From an uncultured Flavobacteriales bacterium (GTDB lineage Bacteria > Bacteroidota > Bacteroidia > Flavobacteriales_D > Crocinitomicaceae), in NCBI GenBank assembly GCA_913054135.1, contig CAJXJK010000005.1, positions 206,925-270,924 on the forward strand: a DNA stretch of 64,000 bases, written 5' to 3'. Below the pieces are notes generated by a model. It was not told the DNA's origin. It was given only the letters and a program-made list of their open reading frames with translations, and did not search any database. This document shows, one piece after another, positions 7,347 through 15,945 of this stretch. Positions within the stretch are counted from its first letter, which is position 1, and each line of letters begins with the position of its first letter. Made by a program: the position numbers and the translations under genes.

Positions 7347-9195
7347 AAAAGCACTTTTGTTCCTATTGGTATTGCTTTGCGTTCAATCTGCAGATGCAAA
7401 AAAAATGCTTTTAGATAGAGTCATTTCAATTGAGATTAAGGCAACTCCAATCAAGAGAATCTTGAAGGCAATTGAAGAAAAAGCACAAGTTAAATTCTCC
7501 TACAATCCTGATCTCATTGATGAGAATAAAATTGTTGATTTAGTGATAAAAGAGAAGTCCATCCGTGATGGTCTTTCTATGATTTTTGACGGAACAGTTC
7601 GTTTTAAAGAGGTAGGGAATCACATTGTTCTCTTGCAAAATGAATCAAAAGAGCAAATCAAAGAACGTAGAAAAGAAAAGGGGGATTACATTTTTCAAGG
7701 CTTAATAAGTGATAAGAGAACAGGCAAAGCTATTCAAGGCGCCAGCGTATATGATGTTGATGCCAGGTTTGCAGCTGTTTCTCATGCTAACGGAAGGTAT
7801 AGGTTAGAAATTCCGAAAGAAGAAAGTGTAAGAAGTTTATACTTCAAGAAAAAGGGCTATGAGGCACAAGTCATTGTAATTAGGGCAGATGATGCCTTTT
7901 CTTGGGTAAACAATATCAGCTTAGTTCCCATTGAAATTGATGTCAATAAAATTGGGGTGTCGGCCATTGAGAAAGTAGAAGTGCCAATTGAAGAAAGAGC
8001 GCTTTCAGGGGCTTTGGTTTCTGAAGATACTTATATCCATTCTGAAAATTTAGAAGAAATAGATGAGGTGCGTTTTGCCCAAATATCTTTAGTGCCTTCG
8101 GTTGGTATTGGCTCAAACCTTTCCACAAATGGTTTGATCACCAATAATTTATCTCTTAACATCTTAGCAGGATATTCAAACGGAGTGGATGGCGTTGAAG
8201 TTGGAGGGCTCATGAACATGACAAAGGGAGATGTAAGTGGAGTTCAAGTTGCTGGAATTACCAGTTTAGTGGGTGGTGATGTTCAAGGGGTGCAAGCTGC
8301 AGGAATCGCAAATCTCATTCAAGGTAATTTTGACGGAACTCAAATTTCAGGTGTGAGTGGAATTGTGAAGGGAGATTTCATTGGATTTCAAGGATCAGGA
8401 ATCTCCTCAATAGTTAGAGGCGGTTATCGCGGCATTCAGTTAAGCGGTATTAGTAATGTCGCTTTTAAAGATTCGTATGGTTTCCAGTTTGCAGGTATTT
8501 CAAATACAGTTTTTGACACCTTAGTTGGAGGGCAAGTTTCTGGAATTGCCAACTTCGCCTTAAAAGGTTCTAACTATTTGCAAGTATCCGGCATCACAAA
8601 TCTTGCCGAGAACAATTATGGATTACAAGTAACTGGAATCTTTAATAGAGCTAAACATAACGGAGGCCTTCAACTTGGTTTGGTTAACCTGAGCAAAACA
8701 AGTACGGGAATCGCTATTGGCCTTTTCAATTATGTCCGTAAAGGATACCATAAAACAGAGGTGGCTGCAAATGAAATATTCCCGGTCAATCTAACCTTTA
8801 AAACAGGGGTTCAAAGATTATACAATACTTATCATTTCGGAGTTAAATTTGGTCCGAGCAGAGCGTATGCTGCTGGTTTAGGATTCGGAACTTTTTTCAG
8901 GCTCAACAATAAAATGACAATCAGTCTTGATCTATCTGGTGATATGGCCTATGAACCAGAATTGAATGTTAATGGTTTTTCTCAGCTTTATAAACTGTCT
9001 TCGACATTTGATTATCAAATCGCAAAATGGGTAACTGTATTTGGCGGTCCATCTTTCAATGTAAACGTCATGCAATTTCAAGATGATACTGGTCAATACA
9101 ATTCTAACCTCTCATTCAATCCTTTCTACAATGAGCAATTCACTAATGCAGGTGTACAGTGTTGGGTGGGCGGGCAAATTGGATTTAGGTTTTAA
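7339..9195 (+). CDS. STN + CarboxypepD_reg-like + Gly-rich GxQxxGxxN repeat (LA_2272-like) + C-terminal OM barrel protein
   Basis: Signal peptide; STN (LLDRVISIEIKATPIKRILKAIEEKAQVKFSYNPDLI); GLISDKRTGKAIQGASVYD; about a dozen ~15-aa repeats; ends GGQIGFRF. No TonB-receptor plug or 22-strand barrel length. GTG start overlaps the fecR stop. Confidence 0.8.
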   Translation: MIKKALLFLLVLLCVQSADAKKMLLDRVISIEIKATPIKRILKAIEEKAQVKFSYNPDLIDENKIVDLVIKEKSIRDGLSMIFDGTVRFKEVGNHIVLLQNESKEQIKERRKEKGDYIFQGLISDKRTGKAIQGASVYDVDARFAAVSHANGRYRLEIPKEESVRSLYFKKKGYEAQVIVIRADDAFSWVNNISLVPIEIDVNKIGVSAIEKVEVPIEERALSGALVSEDTYIHSENLEEIDEVRFAQISLVPSVGIGSNLSTNGLITNNLSLNILAGYSNGVDGVEVGGLMNMTKGDVSGVQVAGITSLVGGDVQGVQAAGIANLIQGNFDGTQISGVSGIVKGDFIGFQGSGISSIVRGGYRGIQLSGISNVAFKDSYGFQFAGISNTVFDTLVGGQVSGIANFALKGSNYLQVSGITNLAENNYGLQVTGIFNRAKHNGGLQLGLVNLSKTSTGIAIGLFNYVRKGYHKTEVAANEIFPVNLTFKTGVQRLYNTYHFGVKFGPSRAYAAGLGFGTFFRLNNKMTISLDLSGDMAYEPELNVNGFSQLYKLSSTFDYQIAKWVTVFGGPSFNVNVMQFQDDTGQYNSNLSFNPFYNEQFTNAGVQCWVGGQIGFRF

Positions 9196-9295
9196 TCAAA
9201 AAATCCAATTCATCTAGCAGATAATAAACTGCTTGCTTTTGTTTAATTAGATAATTGCGAGATTAATTCATTGTTTCTTTCTTTAAAGAAAAAAG

Positions 9296-10246
9296 ATGAA
9301 ACTGCTCTTCCTCATATTTGCTATTATCCCGTTTACCATCTTTGCCCAAAAGGCTAATGACTTAGGAGTTTATGATTATTATGCTCTTCATCAAAAAAAT
9401 GAACCAAAACAAGGATTCATTGTCCTTTCTGATATGTTCCCTTTTGACGAATTCAAAGGTGATAACAATATTATTGCACCAGAACATCTAGGTGAATTTG
9501 AGTTTTCGAATGATAACTATCATGAGTTAAAGGGTGAAAACCGAGACCGATTTTTAGGGGCCCTGAAAATTCAAGAAACAGACTTTCTTTTCGTCAACAA
9601 TCTAAATCTAAATAAGATTAAATCGTTCAAGGTGAGTCAGCTAAAACTAACAGCCTTCTTGAGTCCATATCGTCCTGATATTACTGTGCATAATTGGGAT
9701 TACCTCATAGGTTTTGAGTTGGGTTCTGTTCAAATGCCATTTAATCCTCCAGATATTTATGGTCAAACAATCTTTTCATGCGTCGGCGCAAAGAATCCTT
9801 TTAATCAAGGCAAAGCAGAACCAATGAAGTGGAAAAAAGTTAATCAAAGTGAGTTTATTTGGAAGCTAGAGAAAGATGAAACTCCAAAACATATGCTAGA
9901 CATTAAGTACAAGAGCGTCTATAAATTCAAGTGGAGCAAATTAAATTATTACGTTCGTGAAATCTATGCAGGTGATTTTCTCTATGGTTATTACCTTGTT
10001 GTTACAAAGTCTAAATCAGGAGAGAAGGTGAACTCAATGCTCTTTTTTGAAAGCGAAGGCACTTACCTTCAACCCTTGAATGGTCAAAAAAATAGTTCTG
10101 GAGACCTGCAGTTCACCGGCTATATCTTCAAAGATAAACCACCAATCATTTATGGTTTTCAATCAAACTCTTTTGGATGCCCTTACATTTCCTTCGCAGA
10201 TGATACCGATAATTACCTTTGGTTAAAGTGCGATAATAGACACTAA
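9296..10246 (+). CDS. Exported hypothetical protein
   Basis: 316-aa ORF with signal peptide MKLLFLIFAIIPFTIFA; ends FGCPYISF...WLKCDNRH. Confidence 0.7.
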   Translation: MKLLFLIFAIIPFTIFAQKANDLGVYDYYALHQKNEPKQGFIVLSDMFPFDEFKGDNNIIAPEHLGEFEFSNDNYHELKGENRDRFLGALKIQETDFLFVNNLNLNKIKSFKVSQLKLTAFLSPYRPDITVHNWDYLIGFELGSVQMPFNPPDIYGQTIFSCVGAKNPFNQGKAEPMKWKKVNQSEFIWKLEKDETPKHMLDIKYKSVYKFKWSKLNYYVREIYAGDFLYGYYLVVTKSKSGEKVNSMLFFESEGTYLQPLNGQKNSSGDLQFTGYIFKDKPPIIYGFQSNSFGCPYISFADDTDNYLWLKCDNRH

Positions 10247-10280
10247 GAAAATCTTAACTTAGTGAGCTCAATAAAAGCCC

Positions 10281-10973
10281 ATGGGAATCGGAAAATACTT
10301 TGGAGGCGTTTGGAAAATATTCGCTTCAATCACGCTCACCTTATTCATTTTAAGTGTAATCATTTATGGATTAGACTTGAATGTAAGCCAACCTGAAACG
10401 AATAAGCAAACGATTACGAGCCATCTTGAAAATGAACGCTCAACAAGACATTATTTTGAATTGAACGATTCTATTTGTTTTGTTGTCGATACCGAAGAAG
10501 CAAAAGAAGACCGTGTGGTCACCATGAAGTCATATACCACAAACTTTGTCCCTTTCTGTTATTTCTGTGGATATAATCGAGGAACGTATCGTTATGAATA
10601 CGGGATCTACATTGATGAACCGTACATGTATGGTGATTTTGTTTACACCAAAATCCCTTATGATTATGATGACGGAGAAATTCCATTCGGCAGCTTTCAA
10701 ACGTACAATTTCAAAACAGGCAAAGATGGTTATGTTGAGCAATTAGAAGATATCGGGCCAGACGCAGCAAATAACAAATACAGGGTCACTGAAGATTATC
10801 TCTTAGAGAATAACGGCCTAATTTCTTACTACGAAAATGAATCTTGTCAAATCGCCTTTGGGGTCATTTTTGTTTTGGTTGCAGGTTTATTATTAGGAGC
10901 AATGATTGGTGTTCCAATTAGAGTTTATCGATTTAGAAAGCAAGCTAAAAAAGAGGCTCAAGGCGAATCTTAA
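10281..10973 (+). CDS. Hypothetical membrane protein (N- and C-terminal TM helices, Tyr-rich loop)
   Basis: 230-aa ORF with two hydrophobic segments flanking a soluble domain. Confidence 0.65.
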   Translation: MGIGKYFGGVWKIFASITLTLFILSVIIYGLDLNVSQPETNKQTITSHLENERSTRHYFELNDSICFVVDTEEAKEDRVVTMKSYTTNFVPFCYFCGYNRGTYRYEYGIYIDEPYMYGDFVYTKIPYDYDDGEIPFGSFQTYNFKTGKDGYVEQLEDIGPDAANNKYRVTEDYLLENNGLISYYENESCQIAFGVIFVLVAGLLLGAMIGVPIRVYRFRKQAKKEAQGES

Positions 10974-11003
10974 TCAAAGCCATATAGAAAATTTTCTCTC
11001 CCA

Positions 11004-11033
11004 ATAGGGGTAAACGTTCTTTCAGTTGTCATA
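11004..11033 (+). promoter_or_regulatory. Putative ECF-sigma promoter, copy 3
   Basis: ATAGGGGTAA-acgttctttc-AGTTGTCATA, 24 nt upstream of the TonB receptor ATG. Confidence 0.75.
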
Positions 11034-11057
11034 AATGTGAAACAAGCATTTTAGACA

Positions 11058-13421
11058 ATGAAAACAACAAAAATTCTATTATTACTTTCTATCCTTTTTA
11101 TCGGAGGATCATCTTTTTCTCAAGGTTTAACTCAAACGCTTAGAGGAACAATTATTGACTTTGATTCTAAGGTTCCGCTCATTGGAGCTAAAGTAATCGT
11201 TTTCGGAACAGATCCTTTGCAAGGTTCAGTAACTGACCTCAATGGAGATTTTAAAATTGAAAATGTCAAAGTAGGTCGGGCAGCTATTCAAATTACTTCC
11301 ACAGGATATAAGCCCATTTCAATGCCTTCAGTTCTAATCGAGTCAGGGAAAGAGAAAATCCTGAATCTTCAAATGACAGAAGACATCAAAGTACTTGGGG
11401 CAGTTGATGTAAAAGCCAATAAAGATAAATCAGAGTCTATCAACAAAATGGCAACAACATCAGCCAAAACATTTACAGTTGAAGAAACAAACAGATATGC
11501 CGGTTCATTAAATGATCCTGCCAGAATGGTCTCTGGTTTTGCAGGTGTCACGGGGGATGCAGAAGGAGATAACGACATTGTCGTGAGAGGGAACTCCCCG
11601 CGTGGCATCCTTTGGAGATTAGAAGGAATTGATATTCCAAATCCAAATCACTTTTCTGATAACGGAGCAACCGGTGGTCCTATAAACGCATTGAACGGAT
11701 CGGTTTTAGCCAACTCTGATTTCTTTTCAGGAGCCTTTGCACCTGAATATGGTAATGCACTCTCAGGAGTGTTTGACGTCAAAATGAGAACAGGAAACAA
11801 TGAAAAAAGAGAGTATTCATTCTCTGCTGGTGTTATCGGTTTAGACGGAACATTAGAAGGACCTTTTTCTAAAAACTCAAGAGCATCATACATGGTGAAC
11901 TATAGGTATTCATCAATCGCATTGTTGGATAAAGCTGGTATTCTTGATTTTGACGGAATTCCAATTTATCAAGACGCCGCATTTAAGCTCAACTTTCCAA
12001 CTAAAAAGGCCGGAACTTTCACCCTAATTGGTTTGGGTGGAATGAGTAAAATTGATCAAACAGATCAAAATGATTCTACTGGTGAAGTGTACGGTAGGTA
12101 CGACTTCAAAGCCAACTTGGGAGTAGCAGGATTAAAGCACACATACATTGTGAATCCTAAAGTTTATGTGAAAAGTTTTATCTCAGCATCTACTCAATAT
12201 AATGGCGGAGAAGGGCAGTTTTTAAATTCAGATTCAGTCTTGTTCTTATCCGAACGAGAAGGGAATACTGATAACCAATTAAAGGCGCAATCTATCGTGA
12301 ATTATAAGATGAACAAGAAGAACATCTTTCAAGTAGGTGCCACCTACACGCATTTCAACTACAATTTCTATTACGAAGACGACTATGATGATGAAGACGG
12401 AATTATGACACGTCATAATAATTCAAAAGGAGATGCCGATATGCTGCAATCATTCTTGAGTTGGAAGTACAGAATTACCAATGATCTGACGGTCGTGTCA
12501 GGAGTCCATCATACCCATTACCTATTGAACAACAATTTTAAAGTTGAACCGAGAGTTGGGATGAAATGGCAACTAAATCCAAGACACAGTTTATCTGCTG
12601 GTTTCGGGATGCATTCAAAACTAGAATCACCTTCGGTTTATTTGTACAATGAATTGCAAGAAGATGGATCATATAAATATCCAAACAGAGATTTAGATCT
12701 AACAAAGAGTACTCATTATGTTTTAGGATATGGTTTCAGAATCTCTGAACACTTACACTTGAAGTCTGAAGTATATTATCAAGCTTTATCAAACATTCCA
12801 GTAGCTAAGGATACTGCAGCTGAATCAGGCTTCTTTAGTTTCGTGAATTGGTCTTCAGGAGTTCCAGATTTTGAATTGGTAAATGAAGGTACGGGTCATA
12901 ATTATGGAGCTGAATTGACATTGGAAAGATTCTTTGAAAACAACTTCTATTTCTTGTTAACGGGCTCGATTTATAAATCACAATACAAGGGGTCTGATGG
13001 TATTTTGAGAGATACGCGATATGACGCCAATTTCGCTTCTAATTTCTTGGCAGGTAAAGAATTCAAATTTGGTAAAAAGAAGAATTTAAATAAGACATTC
13101 GGAATCAACACTAAGGTATCGTTGATTGGTGGAAACAGATTTACTCCAATTGATTTACAAGCTTCTCAAGATGCCGGATATACGGTAAGAGATTGGGACA
13201 ATCCTTGGGGTAAAAAAGGAGAGAATGTGTTCTTCATCAATTTAGGATTGACATACAGATGCGACATGAAAAGAGCAAGTCACTCTTTCAAAATTGACAT
13301 TCAAAATCTTACAAATAATCAATCTGTTGTTTCAGAATATTATAACGGCAGAACAGGAACTATAGACACTGATACGCAACTGTCTTTCATTCCAAACATC
13401 ATTTATACAATTAAATTTTAA
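11058..13421 (+). CDS. TonB-dependent receptor with CarboxypepD_reg-like N-terminus (no STN)
   Basis: Signal peptide; QTLRGTIIDFDSKVPLIGA; plug NDPARMV...VVRGNSPRGILWRLEGIDIPNPNHF; FFSGAFAPEYGNALSGVFD; C-terminal PNIIYTIKF. Confidence 0.9.
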   Translation: MKTTKILLLLSILFIGGSSFSQGLTQTLRGTIIDFDSKVPLIGAKVIVFGTDPLQGSVTDLNGDFKIENVKVGRAAIQITSTGYKPISMPSVLIESGKEKILNLQMTEDIKVLGAVDVKANKDKSESINKMATTSAKTFTVEETNRYAGSLNDPARMVSGFAGVTGDAEGDNDIVVRGNSPRGILWRLEGIDIPNPNHFSDNGATGGPINALNGSVLANSDFFSGAFAPEYGNALSGVFDVKMRTGNNEKREYSFSAGVIGLDGTLEGPFSKNSRASYMVNYRYSSIALLDKAGILDFDGIPIYQDAAFKLNFPTKKAGTFTLIGLGGMSKIDQTDQNDSTGEVYGRYDFKANLGVAGLKHTYIVNPKVYVKSFISASTQYNGGEGQFLNSDSVLFLSEREGNTDNQLKAQSIVNYKMNKKNIFQVGATYTHFNYNFYYEDDYDDEDGIMTRHNNSKGDADMLQSFLSWKYRITNDLTVVSGVHHTHYLLNNNFKVEPRVGMKWQLNPRHSLSAGFGMHSKLESPSVYLYNELQEDGSYKYPNRDLDLTKSTHYVLGYGFRISEHLHLKSEVYYQALSNIPVAKDTAAESGFFSFVNWSSGVPDFELVNEGTGHNYGAELTLERFFENNFYFLLTGSIYKSQYKGSDGILRDTRYDANFASNFLAGKEFKFGKKKNLNKTFGINTKVSLIGGNRFTPIDLQASQDAGYTVRDWDNPWGKKGENVFFINLGLTYRCDMKRASHSFKIDIQNLTNNQSVVSEYYNGRTGTIDTDTQLSFIPNIIYTIKF

Positions 13422-13423
13422 TC

Positions 13424-14584
13424 ATGAAAAAGATATTCATAATAGGCGCTATCGCGCTCACATCACTTAGTAGTTTTTCTCAGGAAGATTCAACGCTAAC
13501 AAGAGCAACACAAGTTTCATTTATTTATCCTATCGGAACCAATGGAGTTGATGCAACCAAATACACAAACAACTTTTCATTCAATGTCCTTTATGGCTTA
13601 AACGGAGGCTTGAACGGTGTAGAAATTGGTGGACTAGTAAACTCAAATATAGGTGCTGTGAATGGCGCGCAGTTTGCAGGAATCGCTAACATCAACGGGG
13701 CAACAGCACATGGGTTTATGGGCGCCGGAATAGCAAACGTAATTAAGGATTCTTCAAATTCAATTTCAGGTGCTGGTATCGCAAATGTCTGTGGCGGAAA
13801 CTTTGTCGGATTGCAAATGGCAGGAATTGCAAACGCAGTAAAAGGTGATTTCTTAGGTGGTCAAATGTCAGGTATAGCAAATTTCAATCATGGCGATTTT
13901 AAAGGGGCACAACTTAGCGGAATTGCAAATACAAGTACGGGTAATTTTTATGGATTGCAGGGTTCTGGAATTGCAAATTTTGTTGGAGGAGATTTACAAG
14001 GTGCTCAGGTTGGATTGGTTAACCGTGCAAGAAAAATCAAAGGATTTCAATTGGGATTAATCAATGTTGCAAATGATTTTGAAAGTGGTGTTCCGCTTGG
14101 CTTGATCTCTTATGTTAAAAATGGATATCATGCCGTTGAGTTGGCTGGTGGTGATGCCGTTTACGGAAATCTAAATTTCAAATTAGGTGTAGAAAAGTTG
14201 TATAATATCTATAAGATTGGATTCGCACCCAATGGGTCTGAACAATACTTTACTTACGGTTTAGGGTTAGGAAGCAAACTGAATTTTACCGAAAAATTCG
14301 GTTTATCCATTGAAGGTTCTGCTTCGCACATTGTTCATCAAAACTTCAATCCAAGATTAGATATGTTGAACAAATTAGACGTCAACTTCAGATATGCATT
14401 GGGTGACCATTTTGACCTTTTTGCAGGGCCGTCTTTCAACGTATACTTATCACAACATGACCCTGAAACAGAATCTTCAGCACTCAATGTTCCTTATTCA
14501 TTGTTCACTCACAATTGGGGTAACGGAGAAGGTCAAACTTATATGTGGCTTGGAGCAAATGCTGGCATCTGCGTTAACTTCTAA
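13424..14584 (+). CDS. Gly-rich repeat (LA_2272-like) OM protein; paralog of the C-terminal half of 7339-9195
   Basis: QVSFIYPIGTN...TNNFSFNVLYGLNGGLNGVEIGGLVN, GxQxxGIAN repeats, GLISYVKNGYHAVE...FKLGVEKLYNIY, terminal GICVNF. Confidence 0.8.
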   Translation: MKKIFIIGAIALTSLSSFSQEDSTLTRATQVSFIYPIGTNGVDATKYTNNFSFNVLYGLNGGLNGVEIGGLVNSNIGAVNGAQFAGIANINGATAHGFMGAGIANVIKDSSNSISGAGIANVCGGNFVGLQMAGIANAVKGDFLGGQMSGIANFNHGDFKGAQLSGIANTSTGNFYGLQGSGIANFVGGDLQGAQVGLVNRARKIKGFQLGLINVANDFESGVPLGLISYVKNGYHAVELAGGDAVYGNLNFKLGVEKLYNIYKIGFAPNGSEQYFTYGLGLGSKLNFTEKFGLSIEGSASHIVHQNFNPRLDMLNKLDVNFRYALGDHFDLFAGPSFNVYLSQHDPETESSALNVPYSLFTHNWGNGEGQTYMWLGANAGICVNF

Positions 14585-14612
14585 TAAAGACTGTAAATAT
14601 CAAATCAATTTT

Positions 14613-14640
14613 AGGCCGACTTTTGTAGTCGGCCTTTTTT
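14613..14640 (+). terminator. Intrinsic terminator
   Basis: AGGCCGACT-tttgt-AGTCGGCCT followed by TTTTT. Confidence 0.85.
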
Positions 14641-14791
14641 GTCATTCAGAACAAAAAATGTCGTCTTGAACATTATTCAGAAATCCCAGAATAACATCAA
14701 AGTTGATTTAAGTTTTTATCAAAACGGAGTTTATTTATTGAACCTAGCAACAAAAGAAGGAAGCTTCTTTAAGAGAGTTGTCAAACAATAA
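14639..14791 (+). pseudogene. Orphan T9SS C-terminal sorting domain fragment
   Basis: Frame reads ...NNIKVDLSFYQNGVYLLNLATKEGSFFKRVVKQ*, typical of a type-A CTD tail. An in-frame stop at 14612-14614 lies just upstream; no signal peptide or cargo. Confidence 0.6.
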
Positions 14792-14810
14792 CTAACTGAA
14801 AACAATAAGC

Positions 14811-14849
14811 AAAGAGGCCAATCAAAATTTTGATTGGCCTCTTTTTTTT
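14811..14849 (+). terminator. Intrinsic terminator
   Basis: AAAGAGGCCAATCAAA / TTTGATTGGCCTCTTT long inverted repeat plus T-run. Confidence 0.85.
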
Positions 14850-14851
14850 GA

Positions 14852-14881
14852 GTAGGGGTATTGTATTGGGAATTCGTCTTA
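14852..14881 (+). promoter_or_regulatory. Putative ECF-sigma promoter, copy 4 (degenerate)
   Basis: GTAGGGGTAT-tgtattggga-ATTCGTCTTA; GGGGTA and GTC.TA cores with the same spacing as copies 1-3. Confidence 0.5.
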
Positions 14882-15006
14882 TTGACGAATAAGAAACCAA
14901 TTTTAACCAAATTAAGGTTGAAAAGTAAATGAATGACTTGGGTCGCCATTGAACCTTTTAGCTGTTATTTGTGTTATAGAGATACAAAACTTAAAAGACT
15001 ACTATT

Positions 15007-15237
15007 ATGTCGTATCATATAAATCTGAAGGAGAGAATCCAAAACAATGAATTGATTGGCTTTGAGATTTTTCAAGATTATCAAGGCAAAGCAGAAAAAA
15101 TGCTGCTTTACTTTCAGTCAGAACCTAAGATTAGACCTATCCTCAAGAACAAAATTGAAGAGTATAAGGTAATGCTCAAAGACATTAATACTCGTTTTGA
15201 GCAAATCACAACAGGCTTTTCACCAATATCACATTAG
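15007..15237 (+). CDS. Small hypothetical protein, paralog of 20945-21142
   Basis: 76 aa; 22/51 ungapped identities to the 20945 product; followed by hairpin AAAGCT-atct-AGCTTT plus T-run. Confidence 0.7.
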   Translation: MSYHINLKERIQNNELIGFEIFQDYQGKAEKMLLYFQSEPKIRPILKNKIEEYKVMLKDINTRFEQITTGFSPISH

Positions 15238-15333
15238 AAAGCTATCTAGCTTTTTTTCTTTCATTGCTTCATAAAGCTCATTAAATGTTGACGCATTAGA
15301 CACTCTTAGATAAAATCCCATTAAATTTGTGTC

Positions 15334-15945
15334 ATGTCTTTCAAAAAAATTAATCAAGAATTACTTGAGGTCTTAGCTGCAGAAGGTGTTGAATCGCCTA
15401 ATGATTTTCAAAAGGCTATGATTCCAAAAATTAAGTCTGGGGCTAGTTGTTACGGTTTTGCCGAAAAGGGAGCTGGTAAAACTACTACCGCCTTAATAAT
15501 GGCTTTGAATAAGATTGATTTTAAAGAGCAAGGTGACAATCCGCAAGTGGTAATATTTGCAGAGAACAAGAAGAAGGTTGTAGCGATTGAGGAGATGTTG
15601 AAAGAGCTAACTTTCAGAACTGAAATCAGAACATTCTCAATTTATGAAGAAGGCGATTTGACTTTTCAAAAGAATACCATTTATCCAGGGGTTGACATTT
15701 TGGTAGCCACAACTAAGCGATTTGCACAATTATATTTTCAGAACGGAATCAATTTGAACGAATTGAAAATGATTATGGTAGATGATGCTGAGTTTTTGAA
15801 TCGCGGCACTTCTCATACTGATCTTGATCGTATTAACGAGAGTTTGAAAAGTTGTCAATTCGTCCTGTTTGCTGCTGAAGATGATCCAAAATTTAAGAGG
15901 CTCAATGATTTATTCATGCAAAGAGCTGTTAAAGTGAAGGCTTAA
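15334..15945 (+). CDS. Single-domain degenerate DEAD-box helicase (RecA1 only)
   Basis: Q-motif GVESPNDFQKAMIP, Walker A AEKGAGKTTT, DILVATT, motif II MVDDAE; ends at 203 aa with no helicase C domain. TAAATTTG at 15322-15329. Confidence 0.8.
   Translation: MSFKKINQELLEVLAAEGVESPNDFQKAMIPKIKSGASCYGFAEKGAGKTTTALIMALNKIDFKEQGDNPQVVIFAENKKKVVAIEEMLKELTFRTEIRTFSIYEEGDLTFQKNTIYPGVDILVATTKRFAQLYFQNGINLNELKMIMVDDAEFLNRGTSHTDLDRINESLKSCQFVLFAAEDDPKFKRLNDLFMQRAVKVKA

Noticed and set aside
8190-8740. Periodic sequence in the repeat proteins (also 13600-14070 and 56560-57060) as possible CRISPR or tandem DNA repeat
   Set aside because: The repeats are at the amino-acid level with divergent codons; there are no identical nucleotide repeats with spacers.
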